A DNA stretch of 64,000 nt from contig CAZVLE010000098.1 in NCBI GenBank assembly GCA_964627855.1, forward strand, positions 15,160-79,159, in the 5' to 3' direction. Shown in pieces: positions 55,154 through 64,000 of the stretch. The DNA comes from an uncultured Syntrophomonadaceae bacterium (GTDB taxonomy: Bacteria > Bacillota > Dethiobacteria > DTU022). How positions within the stretch are numbered: the stretch's first letter is position 1; each line of letters begins with the position of its first letter. The position numbers and the translations under genes were made by a program. The notes under the pieces were generated by a model. The model did not search any database and was not told the DNA's origin. It was given only the letters and a program-made list of their open reading frames with translations.

Positions 55154-57172
55154 ATGAAGGGCTATAAAGGCAGGATTTTGCTGATTGATCTGGGCAATGG
55201 GTCAATTGAAGAAGAAATTATTGATGATCTTATTTACAGACAGTATCTTTCCGGCATCGGTCTGGGTGTTTATATCCTTAACCGTGAAATTAAGCCGGGA
55301 GCAGACCCGCTTGGACCCGACAATGTGCTTGGTTTTGTCAGCGGCCTTTTAACCGGCACAGGAAGCCTGGTAACGGGCAGATGGATGGCCCTCTGCAAAT
55401 CACCGTTGACAGGCGGTTGGGGAGACGCTAATTGTGGAGGCAACTTTTCTCCGGCTATCAAGCAATGCGGTTATGATGGTATTTTTTTCAAAGGAATCTC
55501 AAGTAAGCCCGTTTATTTAATCGTTGACGAAAGCGGAGCCAGACTTGAAGACGCCGTTTCTATATGGGGCCTCGATGCTGTTGAGACAGAGAATTTACTG
55601 GGTGAGAAGCACCGAGATAAAACAAAACCTGCTATTGCTGTTATAGGTCAGTCTGCAGAAAAGTTATCACTAATCTCCGGTATCTGCAATGACCGTGGCC
55701 GCATTGCCGCCCGTTCCGGCTGTGGTGCAGTGATGGGCTCAAAAAGACTAAAGGCTGTGGTTCTTAAGGGATATCTCCCTATAGAAGTAGATAACAGGCA
55801 ACTGGTTCGATCTTTGAGTAAAGGTTTCAGGGGAAAAATAAGAAAAAGCAGTTTGCCCAAATTTATAAACGGAAAGATGTTGCCTATTTTAGGCATGATC
55901 ATGGGCAAGCTAAAAATCGTTACAGCCCTTGATGGCATGCTGACACTTGCAGCAACGTTAAAAAAATGGGGAACAATTATGAGCAACAGCCTGGGAATAA
56001 CATCCGGAGACTTGCCTGTCAAGAACTGGCGGGGCTCGGTGATTGACTATAATCGTTCCCACTACAAATATTTAAATCCTGACCTGCTTATAAAAAGGGA
56101 GCATAAAAAATACAGCTGCTATTCCTGTGTAATTGGTTGTGGTGGAATCTGTGCGATAGAAGACTTGAAGGATGGAATCTTTAGAGAAACTCACAAGCCC
56201 GAGTATGAAACCTGTGCAGCTTTCGGCGCCCTTATAATGAATAAAGACCTGGATTCAATTTTCTATATCAACGAATTGCTTAACCGGGCCGGTATGGACA
56301 GCATTTCAGCGGGCAACACTGTTGCCTACGCCATGGAATGTTACGAAAATGGTCTAATAACTTTGGAAGATACCGGCGGCATTGAGTTGACCTGGGGTAA
56401 CAGCGGGGCGGTTATTGAATTACTGAAAAAAATGATATCCCGGGAAGGAATTGGCGATATTTTGGCTGATGGTGTTAAAAGGGCAGTAGAAATTATTGGC
56501 CCGGAAAGCGCAAAGTACGCCATGCATGCCGGTGGCCAGGAACCGGGTATGCACGATCCCCGTTTTGATCCCATGCTGGGATTACACTTCAGTGCTGATC
56601 CCACACCCGGCCGGCACACCATTGGCTGCGGTCAGTATTACCAGATGATGCATCTCTGGGAGGAAGTAAGCTGGGCACCACGCATAACAAGGCATCCAAA
56701 AGCAGAAGAGTATGTTGCTTCGGACAAAGAAGCCCAGAAAGCGGTTGCCCTGGCCTGTTTCAAACAGGTTATTGACGGGTCGGGAGGTTGTCTTTTTGCG
56801 GCTTTAACTGGAATTAATAACTGGCCGCTATTTCAATGGCTTAATGCCGCAACTGGCTGGGAATATGAGGCAGATGAATACATGGAAATCGGTAAGCGGA
56901 TCCAGACATTACGGCAGCTGTTCAATATCCGCGAAGGGATAGAACCGATGAGCTTCAAAATACCGGACCGTATTACCGGGATCCCACCCATGACTGAAGG
57001 CCCCTTGAAGGGCAAATCAGTTCCCATCGAGGAAATGATACGACTTTACTGGAAACATTTTGGCTGGGATGAAAATAGCGGTATACCAAAAAGGGAGACA
57101 CTTGAAAGGCTGGGTCTTGAGACAAATATTCTGCCATCAGAACCCGGAAAATCTGCTCCGGTTATAGCATAA
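55154..57172 (+). CDS. aor: aldehyde:ferredoxin oxidoreductase family (tungsten/molybdopterin, 4Fe-4S)
   Basis: YKGRILLIDL start, GSKRLKAVV, and the CYSCVIGC plus EYETCAAFG motifs of the AOR family; 672 aa. Confidence 0.9.
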   Translation: MKGYKGRILLIDLGNGSIEEEIIDDLIYRQYLSGIGLGVYILNREIKPGADPLGPDNVLGFVSGLLTGTGSLVTGRWMALCKSPLTGGWGDANCGGNFSPAIKQCGYDGIFFKGISSKPVYLIVDESGARLEDAVSIWGLDAVETENLLGEKHRDKTKPAIAVIGQSAEKLSLISGICNDRGRIAARSGCGAVMGSKRLKAVVLKGYLPIEVDNRQLVRSLSKGFRGKIRKSSLPKFINGKMLPILGMIMGKLKIVTALDGMLTLAATLKKWGTIMSNSLGITSGDLPVKNWRGSVIDYNRSHYKYLNPDLLIKREHKKYSCYSCVIGCGGICAIEDLKDGIFRETHKPEYETCAAFGALIMNKDLDSIFYINELLNRAGMDSISAGNTVAYAMECYENGLITLEDTGGIELTWGNSGAVIELLKKMISREGIGDILADGVKRAVEIIGPESAKYAMHAGGQEPGMHDPRFDPMLGLHFSADPTPGRHTIGCGQYYQMMHLWEEVSWAPRITRHPKAEEYVASDKEAQKAVALACFKQVIDGSGGCLFAALTGINNWPLFQWLNAATGWEYEADEYMEIGKRIQTLRQLFNIREGIEPMSFKIPDRITGIPPMTEGPLKGKSVPIEEMIRLYWKHFGWDENSGIPKRETLERLGLETNILPSEPGKSAPVIA

Positions 57173-57346
57173 TAGCTGCCTTTCAGCTATTTCTGCGCTC
57201 TTTTTGCAGAATGCTAAAAAGAAGATGCTCACAAATACGTTTTTATAAATTACAACGGCTCGTCAAGAGTTGAGGCAAAAATCCTGGCGAGCCTGTTACC
57301 CGCTTCCGGTTCTCACCGTAGATACCCGGTTACCGGGGACACTTTT

Positions 57347-57877
57347 TTACTTTTCTATGCCCTGCCTGGCGCTAACACCCTTATCGGCATAATGTTTAAT
57401 AACAAGCATCTCCGTTACCAGGTCGGCTTTTTCCAGTATTTCACGGGGCACGCTGCGCCCGGTCAGAACGAGCTCCATGCCCTGCGGACGGGAGTCGATG
57501 AGGGTACAAACCTGATCTATCTCAAGCAGGCCGGCATGCAGTGCAGCCATTATCTCATCGAGGATCAGAAGATCGCATTTATTACCGGAAATTATCGCCT
57601 GAACCTGTTTAAATTCTTTCTGCAGGCGCTCCTTGAGTTCAGCTTTTTCCTGATCATTTTGTGCGCTAAAGAACTTTTTCGTTTCAGCCAGGCGAATGAT
57701 CTTAAATTTATCTCCTAGCAGGGCAACACTGTCAAGTTCACCGCTGTGCGCTCCTTTTAAAAACTGAAACATGATCACCTTGAAACCATGCCCGACCGCA
57801 CGCAAACCAAGCCCCAATGCCGCAGTTGTCTTACCTTTGCCGTCACCGGTATAAACCTGCACATAACCTTTAATCAT
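57347..57877 (-). CDS. cobO: cob(I)yrinic acid a,c-diamide adenosyltransferase
   Basis: YTGDGKGKTTAALGLGLRAVGHG...FQFLKG...LDE are CobO/BtuR hallmarks. Confidence 0.9.
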   Translation of the reverse strand: MIKGYVQVYTGDGKGKTTAALGLGLRAVGHGFKVIMFQFLKGAHSGELDSVALLGDKFKIIRLAETKKFFSAQNDQEKAELKERLQKEFKQVQAIISGNKCDLLILDEIMAALHAGLLEIDQVCTLIDSRPQGMELVLTGRSVPREILEKADLVTEMLVIKHYADKGVSARQGIEK

Positions 57878-57927
57878 TAATCTTCCTCCTGATCTCGTAA
57901 TAAAAACCTTAACAGCAAAACCCCAAT

Positions 57928-57962
57928 AAGTTGAAAATAGTGTCTGACACTTTTTTCAACTT
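57928..57962 (-). other. long intercistronic hairpin between cbiJ and cobO
   Basis: AAGTTGAAAA..GTGTC-t-GACAC..TTTTCAACTT gives ~16 paired positions. It begins 1 nt after the cbiJ stop codon. Confidence 0.5.
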
Positions 57963-57963
57963 A

Positions 57964-58659
57964 TTAGGGCGGGCGGGAAATAAGGATGATGGGAATGGAG
58001 AGTGATTTAGCAGCTTTGATTTTTTCGGCCGTACCTCCGGTCGGCCCACTATCTTTGGATATGATTAAAGAAGCATTGTAGTGTTTAAAAAGGACACGGT
58101 TAAGCTCTTCGTCGAAAGGGCCCTGCATGGCGATGATTTTTTCCGGGGGCAGACCGAGGGAAAGGCATTTTTTTAATGATGCTTCCAGCGGTAAAATGCG
58201 CACTGCCAGGCGGTCGGTTCCCAGTGCCGCAGTATAAAGTTCAAGTTTACTGCTGCCAACGGTAAGAAATATAATTCCTTCAAATGAAGCAGCAATAGAC
58301 AGGGCTTCTTGGATACCGGTGACAGCAATTACTTCTGACAGATCTGCTAATTCCGTCTCAGCCCTTGCGAAGCGCTCATACGCAATGTTTGTTCTCCTGC
58401 AGGCTTCCCGGGCATTAGCGGAGACATCTACCGCATAGGGATGAGTGGCATCAACAACTCTGCTGATACTCCTGCTTTTAATGAGGGTAACCATTTCTTC
58501 AAGATCGAGGGGACGCGAAGATATTTCACCGCTAAATTCCCTGCGCAGTATTTCACCACCATAGGTCGTAGCAGTTGAAACGATAACATTATGGCCTTCT
58601 TGCTCGAGGGCAACAGCCATTTTCCGTCCTTCATTTGTACCGGCCAGAACCATAATCAT
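57964..58659 (-). CDS. cbiJ: cobalt-precorrin-6A reductase
   Basis: LAGTNEGR, DATHPYA, MQGPF and SKDSGPTGG motifs of CobK/CbiJ. Confidence 0.85.
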   Translation of the reverse strand: MIMVLAGTNEGRKMAVALEQEGHNVIVSTATTYGGEILRREFSGEISSRPLDLEEMVTLIKSRSISRVVDATHPYAVDVSANAREACRRTNIAYERFARAETELADLSEVIAVTGIQEALSIAASFEGIIFLTVGSSKLELYTAALGTDRLAVRILPLEASLKKCLSLGLPPEKIIAMQGPFDEELNRVLFKHYNASLIISKDSGPTGGTAEKIKAAKSLSIPIILISRPP

Positions 58660-59405
58660 AGTTCATATCCCCTTGGAGTAATCATTTTACCATTATGCCA
58701 GTAAGTTTTACTGTTGCCAATAATCACCAGGGTGGCCATATCGGCTTCCTCGATACAGCAATCCATATTAGCAAGGGTCGTTTCCCAAACCTTTTGCCCC
58801 TTTCTTCCAGCTCCCCGAACCATACCAACCGCGTTCTCACGCTTACGGTATTCAAGAACTATTTCGCGCGCCCGGCTGAGAAGCTCTGCACGTCCATGGC
58901 TGCGCGGATTATAGATGACAATAACAAAATCGGCCTGCGCTGCAGCACGCAAACGCTTTTCGATTATTTCCCAGGGCGTAAGTAGGTCGCTCAAACTAAT
59001 TACGGCAAAATCATGGGTCAAAGGGGCTCCCAGGACAGCTGCTGCAGAACCGGCTGCAGTAACACCGGGAATAATATCTACCAACGGAGGATGATCCAGT
59101 TCCTGGGCCACCTGCAGTAACAAACCGGACATGCCGTATATACCGGGATCACCACCGCTTACCAGGGCCACTTTTTTTCCCTTTTGCGCTTCTGCCACCG
59201 CCTGCCTGCAACGCTCAACTTCCCTGCCCATGGCTGAGTAAATTATTTCCTTTTCCTGGCCTTCAATTAACTGTATAATCTGTGAGACATAAAGGCGGTA
59301 GCCGATAATTAAGTCGCTTTCCCGGATTGCTTTTTCCGCCCCGGCGGTCAGATCATCGAGCGATCCGGGACCAATGCCGACAACACTAACCTTACCTGTT
59401 GTCAT
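58656..59405 (-). CDS. cbiH: cobalt-precorrin-3B (cobalt-factor III) C17-methyltransferase
   Basis: The tetrapyrrole methylase fold start VVGIGPGS and the 249-aa CbiH/CobJ pattern. 4-nt overlap with cbiJ. Confidence 0.9.
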   Translation of the reverse strand: MTTGKVSVVGIGPGSLDDLTAGAEKAIRESDLIIGYRLYVSQIIQLIEGQEKEIIYSAMGREVERCRQAVAEAQKGKKVALVSGGDPGIYGMSGLLLQVAQELDHPPLVDIIPGVTAAGSAAAVLGAPLTHDFAVISLSDLLTPWEIIEKRLRAAAQADFVIVIYNPRSHGRAELLSRAREIVLEYRKRENAVGMVRGAGRKGQKVWETTLANMDCCIEEADMATLVIIGNSKTYWHNGKMITPRGYEL

Positions 59406-59540
59406 TATGATTAGTAACTCCTTTCAGTATCGCCTCACAAAGAGCGGTTACAATCACTCCTGTTTTGCAAACCGCTAAACAATATGGTAGAAAGTAAGCT
59501 GTTTAACCTGCTCAGTGTTTTATGAACAGGCAAACCAACT

Positions 59541-60620
59541 TTAACCTAAATCTATGCCACCCTCAGCAAGAGCTACGGTAATGCCTCCACCGCTTTGGGT
59601 AGGTAAAATGATCTTACCTCCGCCACTGCCAAGACGGGCGCAAGGTTCTGCAACAGCTCCCACTCCAACCTGATCATTTACAAAGGCAGATGGAACCGTA
59701 TCGCCAAGCTTAGCCCTGATCTCATCCCGGGTAAATATTTTTAGCGGTACTGCAAAATGTGCGGCAGCTTTAATTAAACCCTCTTCATCAGCCTTGAATT
59801 CCCCTGAAGCAAGGCAAGAAAGGCAGTTTAATGCTAACCCGGCCTGATTAAAGGCCTTTTTAACCGCCTCTATTATTTTCTCGTCTTCAACACCACGGCG
59901 ACAACCCACTCCCGCAGCGATTACAGGAGGTCTGAGGATTACTCGGGGGAATTCCGGTAAATCATAGGGCGGATTCAGACGGCTGCTGATTAAAATGTAG
60001 CCGTTTGAGGCCTCCTTCAGCAACTCCGGATGCTCTGTTACCCGGATTTTACCTTGCAGAGGGTAAGAAAAGAGGTAATCGCTGTAAAGTATAATTTCAC
60101 GTTCCTCCAGCAGGGCAGCGCTGATAGCTTTAAGGTCAGGAAGATTTTCGATTTTCCAACCCAGCCTGCGGGCCAGATCATCAAAAGCGGTCAAACCGCG
60201 GCTGTCTGTAGCTGTGGTAATGACAGGCCGGGCCCCCATGTGAGTAGCTATTTTAGCAGTTTCTTCGTTAGCCCCGCCGAGATGACCGGAAAGGAGGCTT
60301 ATGGCAAAGCGGGCTTGCTCGTCTAGCACAACGATAGCGGGATCACTATCCTTACTTTTCAGGAAGGGAGCGACAGCCCGTACTGCCACAGCGACAGCGG
60401 AGATAAATATTAGCAGTCTGTAGCTGTTGAACAGGGTTCCTACCGCATCACTGAAACTGCCGCTTAGGTGATTTAAAGTGCAGTCATCAGAAGAAGCAGG
60501 AAAAGACTTATCATAAATGAAGCGGCCGGGAACGTAAATATTTGCCTGCGGATAAAGCTTTTTCAGGCGGCAGGCCTGCCGGATTCCGGCGCGGCTTACC
60601 GCGACTATGGCTGTTTTCAA
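59541..60620 (-). CDS. cbiG: cobalt-precorrin-5A hydrolase
   Basis: CbiG N- and C-terminal domains (KTAIVAVSRAG...; GVGCRRG...). The TTG at 60620 follows GGGAGGG and overlaps the cbiF stop (TTGA). Confidence 0.85.
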   Translation of the reverse strand: MKTAIVAVSRAGIRQACRLKKLYPQANIYVPGRFIYDKSFPASSDDCTLNHLSGSFSDAVGTLFNSYRLLIFISAVAVAVRAVAPFLKSKDSDPAIVVLDEQARFAISLLSGHLGGANEETAKIATHMGARPVITTATDSRGLTAFDDLARRLGWKIENLPDLKAISAALLEEREIILYSDYLFSYPLQGKIRVTEHPELLKEASNGYILISSRLNPPYDLPEFPRVILRPPVIAAGVGCRRGVEDEKIIEAVKKAFNQAGLALNCLSCLASGEFKADEEGLIKAAAHFAVPLKIFTRDEIRAKLGDTVPSAFVNDQVGVGAVAEPCARLGSGGGKIILPTQSGGGITVALAEGGIDLG

Positions 60621-61375
60621 TCTTTGCCCTCCCGGCAACCGTGGCTGAAGCCCGCATCATAGAGCTTGGAGCGGCTGACCGGATCGCCCAGGAAGGGGCC
60701 GACCAGGATCAAAGCGCTCAGTTTCAAACCCGCCGCCTTGACTTTTGCAGCAATGTCACCTACCGTGCCCTCGATCACCTGCTCCTGGGGCCAGGAAGCC
60801 TTGTAAACAACCGCAACAGGGGTGTCATCGCTATAACCTTTCTTCAGCTCATCGACCACCTCGTCAACCATGCCAATGCTGAGGAAGATGGCCATACTGG
60901 CTCCGTGCCCGGACAGGCTGCTCAAACTTTGCTTTTCAGGTACAGGTGTCCGCCCGGGAAGGCGGGTCAGGATCACCGTCTGCGAGATCTCCGGGAGGGT
61001 ATATTCTTTCCCCACTGCCGCGGCAGCAGCGGCAAAGGAGCTTACCCCGGGCACCATCCTGTAGGTGATTCCCGCTTCATTCAGGAGATTCATCTGTTCA
61101 CGCAGGGCACCGTAGAGTGAAGGATCGCCACTGTGGAGGCGAACCACTTTTTTACCCTGCCCGGCATATTCGATCATTTTGGCACAGATCTCATCCAGAT
61201 TCATCCCGGCGCTGTCGTAGAGGGAACAGCTCTCACCGACCCTTTCCAGAACCGCCGGGTTGATCAGCGAGCCGGCGTATACTACCAGGTCAGCCTCTCT
61301 CAGCAGGCGGTCACCCTTGATAGTCAGCAGATCAGGATCCCCCGGACCCGCCCCCACAAAATAGACCATTTTCAT
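60617..61375 (-). CDS. cbiF: cobalt-precorrin-4 C11-methyltransferase
   Basis: VYFVGAGPGDPDLLTIKG...RLHSGDPSLYGA is typical of CbiF/CobM. Confidence 0.9.
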   Translation of the reverse strand: MKMVYFVGAGPGDPDLLTIKGDRLLREADLVVYAGSLINPAVLERVGESCSLYDSAGMNLDEICAKMIEYAGQGKKVVRLHSGDPSLYGALREQMNLLNEAGITYRMVPGVSSFAAAAAAVGKEYTLPEISQTVILTRLPGRTPVPEKQSLSSLSGHGASMAIFLSIGMVDEVVDELKKGYSDDTPVAVVYKASWPQEQVIEGTVGDIAAKVKAAGLKLSALILVGPFLGDPVSRSKLYDAGFSHGCREGKD

Positions 61376-62082
61376 CAGAACACCGGCTCCTTTCGCGATA
61401 TGATCAATGAAAAATATGATAGTTTTTCTCCCAATACAGACTTTAAATCCCTGACGATCCGCTCCCCGGGCTGCCCGCAGTTGATTACCAGCACACTTCC
61501 CGGCAGCAGGCCTGCCCGGTCAAGGGTTTCAACTATTTCATTGAAACAGCTGGCAACCTTGAATATAGCCAGGGTCTGAAACCCGGCCAGTTCTTCAGCG
61601 CTTAACCGGGCAACGGTGGAACCGGGCAATATGGCCACCTTTTCATTGCCAAAGGCAAGCGGCATCCCCGCCGTTGCCGCAGCGGCGCTGAAAGAATTGA
61701 TTCCGGGTATGGTAAAAACCCGGTAACCGGCCTGCTGAAGGTGATGATATAGATAAATATAGGTGCTATAGAGCATGGGATCGCCAAGAGTTATAAAGGC
61801 CACCGATTCTCCATCGCTTAAGGTGGCACTGATCTCTTGCCGCCCTATTTCCCAGGCTTCCTCCAGCTTAGAGAGATCATGGGTCATGGGGAAATCAATT
61901 TCAAGCACCCGGCAGTCGGGTCCGATGAAGCGCTCCGCAATTTTGTAGGCGGTGCTTTTTTTACCCGGTCCGACAACGGGAAGGGCGACCACGTCAACTT
62001 CACCGAGCAGACGTACCGCCTTGTAAGTAAGCAGTTCCGGGTCACCGGGACCAACCCCGATACCGTAAAATACTCCCTGCAT
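61375..62082 (-). CDS. cbiL: cobalt-precorrin-2 (cobalt-factor II) C20-methyltransferase
   Basis: FYGIGVGPGDPELLTYKA...TLGDPMLYST is typical of CbiL/CobI. 1-nt stop/start overlap with cbiF. Confidence 0.85.
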   Translation of the reverse strand: MQGVFYGIGVGPGDPELLTYKAVRLLGEVDVVALPVVGPGKKSTAYKIAERFIGPDCRVLEIDFPMTHDLSKLEEAWEIGRQEISATLSDGESVAFITLGDPMLYSTYIYLYHHLQQAGYRVFTIPGINSFSAAAATAGMPLAFGNEKVAILPGSTVARLSAEELAGFQTLAIFKVASCFNEIVETLDRAGLLPGSVLVINCGQPGERIVRDLKSVLGEKLSYFSLIISRKEPVF

Positions 62083-62684
62083 TAATCTGCTCCTCTCAAA
62101 GCCGAGATGATAAAAACAGGGTTAAGGGGCTGCAAAACCGTGCCGCCGCCCAGTTCCCGCGAACGGGATATGGCGGCCTGAATGTATTGTATATTTGTGA
62201 AGACCTCATCTTTGAGCAAACCTAACCCCGAAAAAAGCGTCTCGAGCATGATACAGTTTATAACAATAATGCCTCCCGGAACAAGCAGCTCCCGGCATCT
62301 GGCAATGATCTCCTCAAGCCTACCCCCGCTGCCTCCGACAACAATGCGGTCAAAGGTCTGGTCCAGTTCTTCTAAGGCAGAAGGAGCTTCGCCTTCTATA
62401 ATAGTAACATTTTCCACTTTGAAGCGGCGACAGTTTGCCCTGATCAGGTTCAAGGCCTCAGTATTTCTCTCGACAGCCCAAACCTGACCTCCTTTGGCAA
62501 GAAGAGCCGCCTCGACCGCCAGTCCGCCGCTGCCGGCTCCGATATCAAGCAAATGGCTTTCTTCCTGCAACCTGAGCTTGGAAAGGGTCAGACAGCGGAT
62601 TTCTTCCTTGGTCAGGGGCACATTACCCCGCTCAAAGCTTTCATCACTTAGACCGGGCACGACATATTTAGCAGAATCATTCAC
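62082..62684 (-). CDS. cbiT: cobalt-precorrin-6B C15-methyltransferase (decarboxylating)
   Basis: GLSDESFERGNVPLTKEEIR...DIGAGSGG is typical of CbiT. Confidence 0.85.
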   Translation of the reverse strand: MNDSAKYVVPGLSDESFERGNVPLTKEEIRCLTLSKLRLQEESHLLDIGAGSGGLAVEAALLAKGGQVWAVERNTEALNLIRANCRRFKVENVTIIEGEAPSALEELDQTFDRIVVGGSGGRLEEIIARCRELLVPGGIIVINCIMLETLFSGLGLLKDEVFTNIQYIQAAISRSRELGGGTVLQPLNPVFIISALRGAD

Positions 62685-63300
62685 TAATAATCACCACCAA
62701 ATTCAAATCAGAACCACTGTATGAGAGGAAATCTTCAGCCCTTCCCATACTGATCTTTTCCCCCGGGTAAGAAAGATCTTCACCTATAAAGACCACCTTG
62801 TTCTTGATGCCGTCTTCGACCAGGAGCCTGCAAAGTGCCGCAGGACTGTTTTGCCGGTCGGTAAAGACTGCCACCTTTGAACAAGAGCGAACTTCGGCCG
62901 GCAGAATCCCGGGATCACGGCCGTGCAAACTTACGAAACGAGCATCTTCCCAGGTCAGACCCAGACGGGCGAACATGTACTGCACGGCGCTGATACCGGG
63001 GTAAACATCCAAATTCTCCCGGCCAAATTCCCTGACCAGGCGGGGCAGAAGACTGTAGATACCGCTGTCCCCGGAAAGCAGAATCCCTATTTTTTGCTCC
63101 CCCATTTTTTCCCTGATCATGGCCATCAAGGGGTCAATCTTTCCGCTGATTGCGATTTTTTCCTGACCGGGAAAAGCAAAAAGAGCCAGGTTGCGCTTAC
63201 CGCCGATCAGCACCGCACACTTTCCCGCCTCTTCAACTACCGCGGGCGTCAAATATTGCGGTGACCCGGGGCCTACGGCCAGAAGGGCAATTTTTTTCAT
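62677..63300 (-). CDS. cbiE: cobalt-precorrin-7 C5-methyltransferase
   Basis: Tetrapyrrole methylase fold (LLAVGPGSPQYLT ... LLSGDSGIYS). Its position between cbiD and cbiT fits. Confidence 0.85.
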   Translation of the reverse strand: MKKIALLAVGPGSPQYLTPAVVEEAGKCAVLIGGKRNLALFAFPGQEKIAISGKIDPLMAMIREKMGEQKIGILLSGDSGIYSLLPRLVREFGRENLDVYPGISAVQYMFARLGLTWEDARFVSLHGRDPGILPAEVRSCSKVAVFTDRQNSPAALCRLLVEDGIKNKVVFIGEDLSYPGEKISMGRAEDFLSYSGSDLNLVVIISE

Positions 63301-64000
63301 TTAAATTCCTCCAACAGATCCCGGGCTTGTTGATCACAGCCAAGTAACCCGCGTCTGAAATTAAATAAAACCGTTCCGATTAAAGTTTCGTCGTTCAGAA
63401 AAGCCACAGCCCTTTCGCTGACCTCGGCAGCCAGCTGATCAAAGTAACCGTCCCCGCCGATTTCTCCGAGGATATCGACCATATCCTCGGTTGTAACAGC
63501 TTCCCGCAATTTTAAAATGATTTCATGCCCGGCGCCCAGCAGCGCCGCCCGGGCGGCAAAAGCCTCAAAGCGGGCATCGGCTATCCTGCTGTGGGTATTA
63601 AAAATCCCGGCGGCAACCTTGATCAGCTTGCCGATGTGGCCAACAAACAAAACTTTTTCAAATCCGAGTTCGAGGCAGCGGTCAAGGGCAAAACCGACAA
63701 GGTTGCCGATTTTAACTACCGCCTCTTCCGGTAAAACAAAGTATTCCAGGGCCAGTTTGCGGCCATAATTACCGGTTACCAGGACTGCAGCACCCTTCCA
63801 TTCAAGGCTGACCGCTTTTAACTCCAGAGCCAGGGTATCTTCATAAGATTTCTCTGACATCGGTTCAACCAGGCCACTGGTGCCGAGTATTGAAAGGCCA
63901 CCGATCACACCAAGGCGGGCATTCATAGTCTTGCGGGCCAGCCGTTCACCTTCTGGAATAAAGATCTCCACTTCTACCCCGCATCCTGCCGGCAGGACAG
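63297..64000 (-). CDS. cbiD: cobalt-precorrin-5B C1-methyltransferase, C-terminal ~234 aa (5' end beyond the window)
   Basis: GVIGGLSILGTSGLVEPMS is the CbiD motif. The frame stays open to base 64000 (the track M at 63971 is an internal GTG). Confidence 0.85.
   Translation of the reverse strand, partial: VLPAGCGVEVEIFIPEGERLARKTMNARLGVIGGLSILGTSGLVEPMSEKSYEDTLALELKAVSLEWKGAAVLVTGNYGRKLALEYFVLPEEAVVKIGNLVGFALDRCLELGFEKVLFVGHIGKLIKVAAGIFNTHSRIADARFEAFAARAALLGAGHEIILKLREAVTTEDMVDILGEIGGDGYFDQLAAEVSERAVAFLNDETLIGTVLFNFRRGLLGCDQQARDLLEEFK

Noticed and set aside
63972-64000. Cobalamin riboswitch for the cbi operon.
   Set aside because: The operon's 5' end (the start of cbiD and anything upstream) lies beyond base 64000, so a riboswitch cannot be assessed. 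No B12-box-like sequence was seen in the internal 135-nt cbiG-cbiH spacer.
60540-64000. Apparent GC elevation of the cbiD-cbiF part of the operon, which might suggest horizontal transfer.
   Set aside because: Hand counts on sampled 60-nt lines ranged from ~42% to 68% here. Similar highs (~65%) occur in the VWA gene and the D-aminoacylase, and other genes range from 37% to 60%. The noise is too large to claim a compositional island without a computed sliding-window GC and codon-usage profile.

Overview
This is a dense 64-kb chromosomal segment with about 64 protein-coding genes. I recognised no rRNA, tRNA, CRISPR array, transposase or integrase. The gene content suggests an anaerobic, Firmicutes/Clostridia-like organism (inference only): an anaerobic-type cobalamin operon on the minus strand (cbiD-E-T-L-F-G-H-J-cobO), a tungsten-type aldehyde:ferredoxin oxidoreductase preceded by a MoaD/ThiS-like gene, DUF362/4Fe-4S, YlbF, YtxH/DUF948, PolX and asnS. 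The rest is mostly housekeeping or accessory metabolism and transport: ABC-2 exporter, MFS/GPH/MATE transporters, hydrolases, D-aminoacylase, a MoxR-VWA pair, PilZ and a universal stress protein.

The observations most worth a second look are these:
1. A three-gene minus-strand operon encodes a small membrane protein, a circularly permuted ATP-grasp-like ligase and an N-formylglutamate-amidohydrolase-like hydrolase. The last gene is in frame with the ligase, separated by a single TAA. It has a strong Shine-Dalgarno (SD) sequence but no canonical start codon near it.
2. Two tandem acyl-CoA-dehydrogenase-fold genes both lack the canonical C-terminal catalytic Glu. They are coupled to an unknown helical protein.
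3. Two paralogous Ser/Thr kinases carry an N-terminal zinc ribbon and a non-canonical HRDISPDN catalytic loop. Their C-terminal modules differ: one is MORN repeats. MORN repeats also occur on a neighbouring membrane protein and, unusually, at the N-terminus of an ABC ATPase.
4. A membrane protein with four tandem zinc ribbons is coupled to a DUF815 AAA+ ATPase.
5. An apparently orphan SPPY-type (m4C-like) DNA methyltransferase sits in tandem with a second methyltransferase.
6. A modular intergenic repeat family has at least 4-5 copies in this window.
7. A GG-terminated MoaD-like ORF has no ATG/GTG/TTG start.

All functional calls come from reading motifs by eye. No database search was run.
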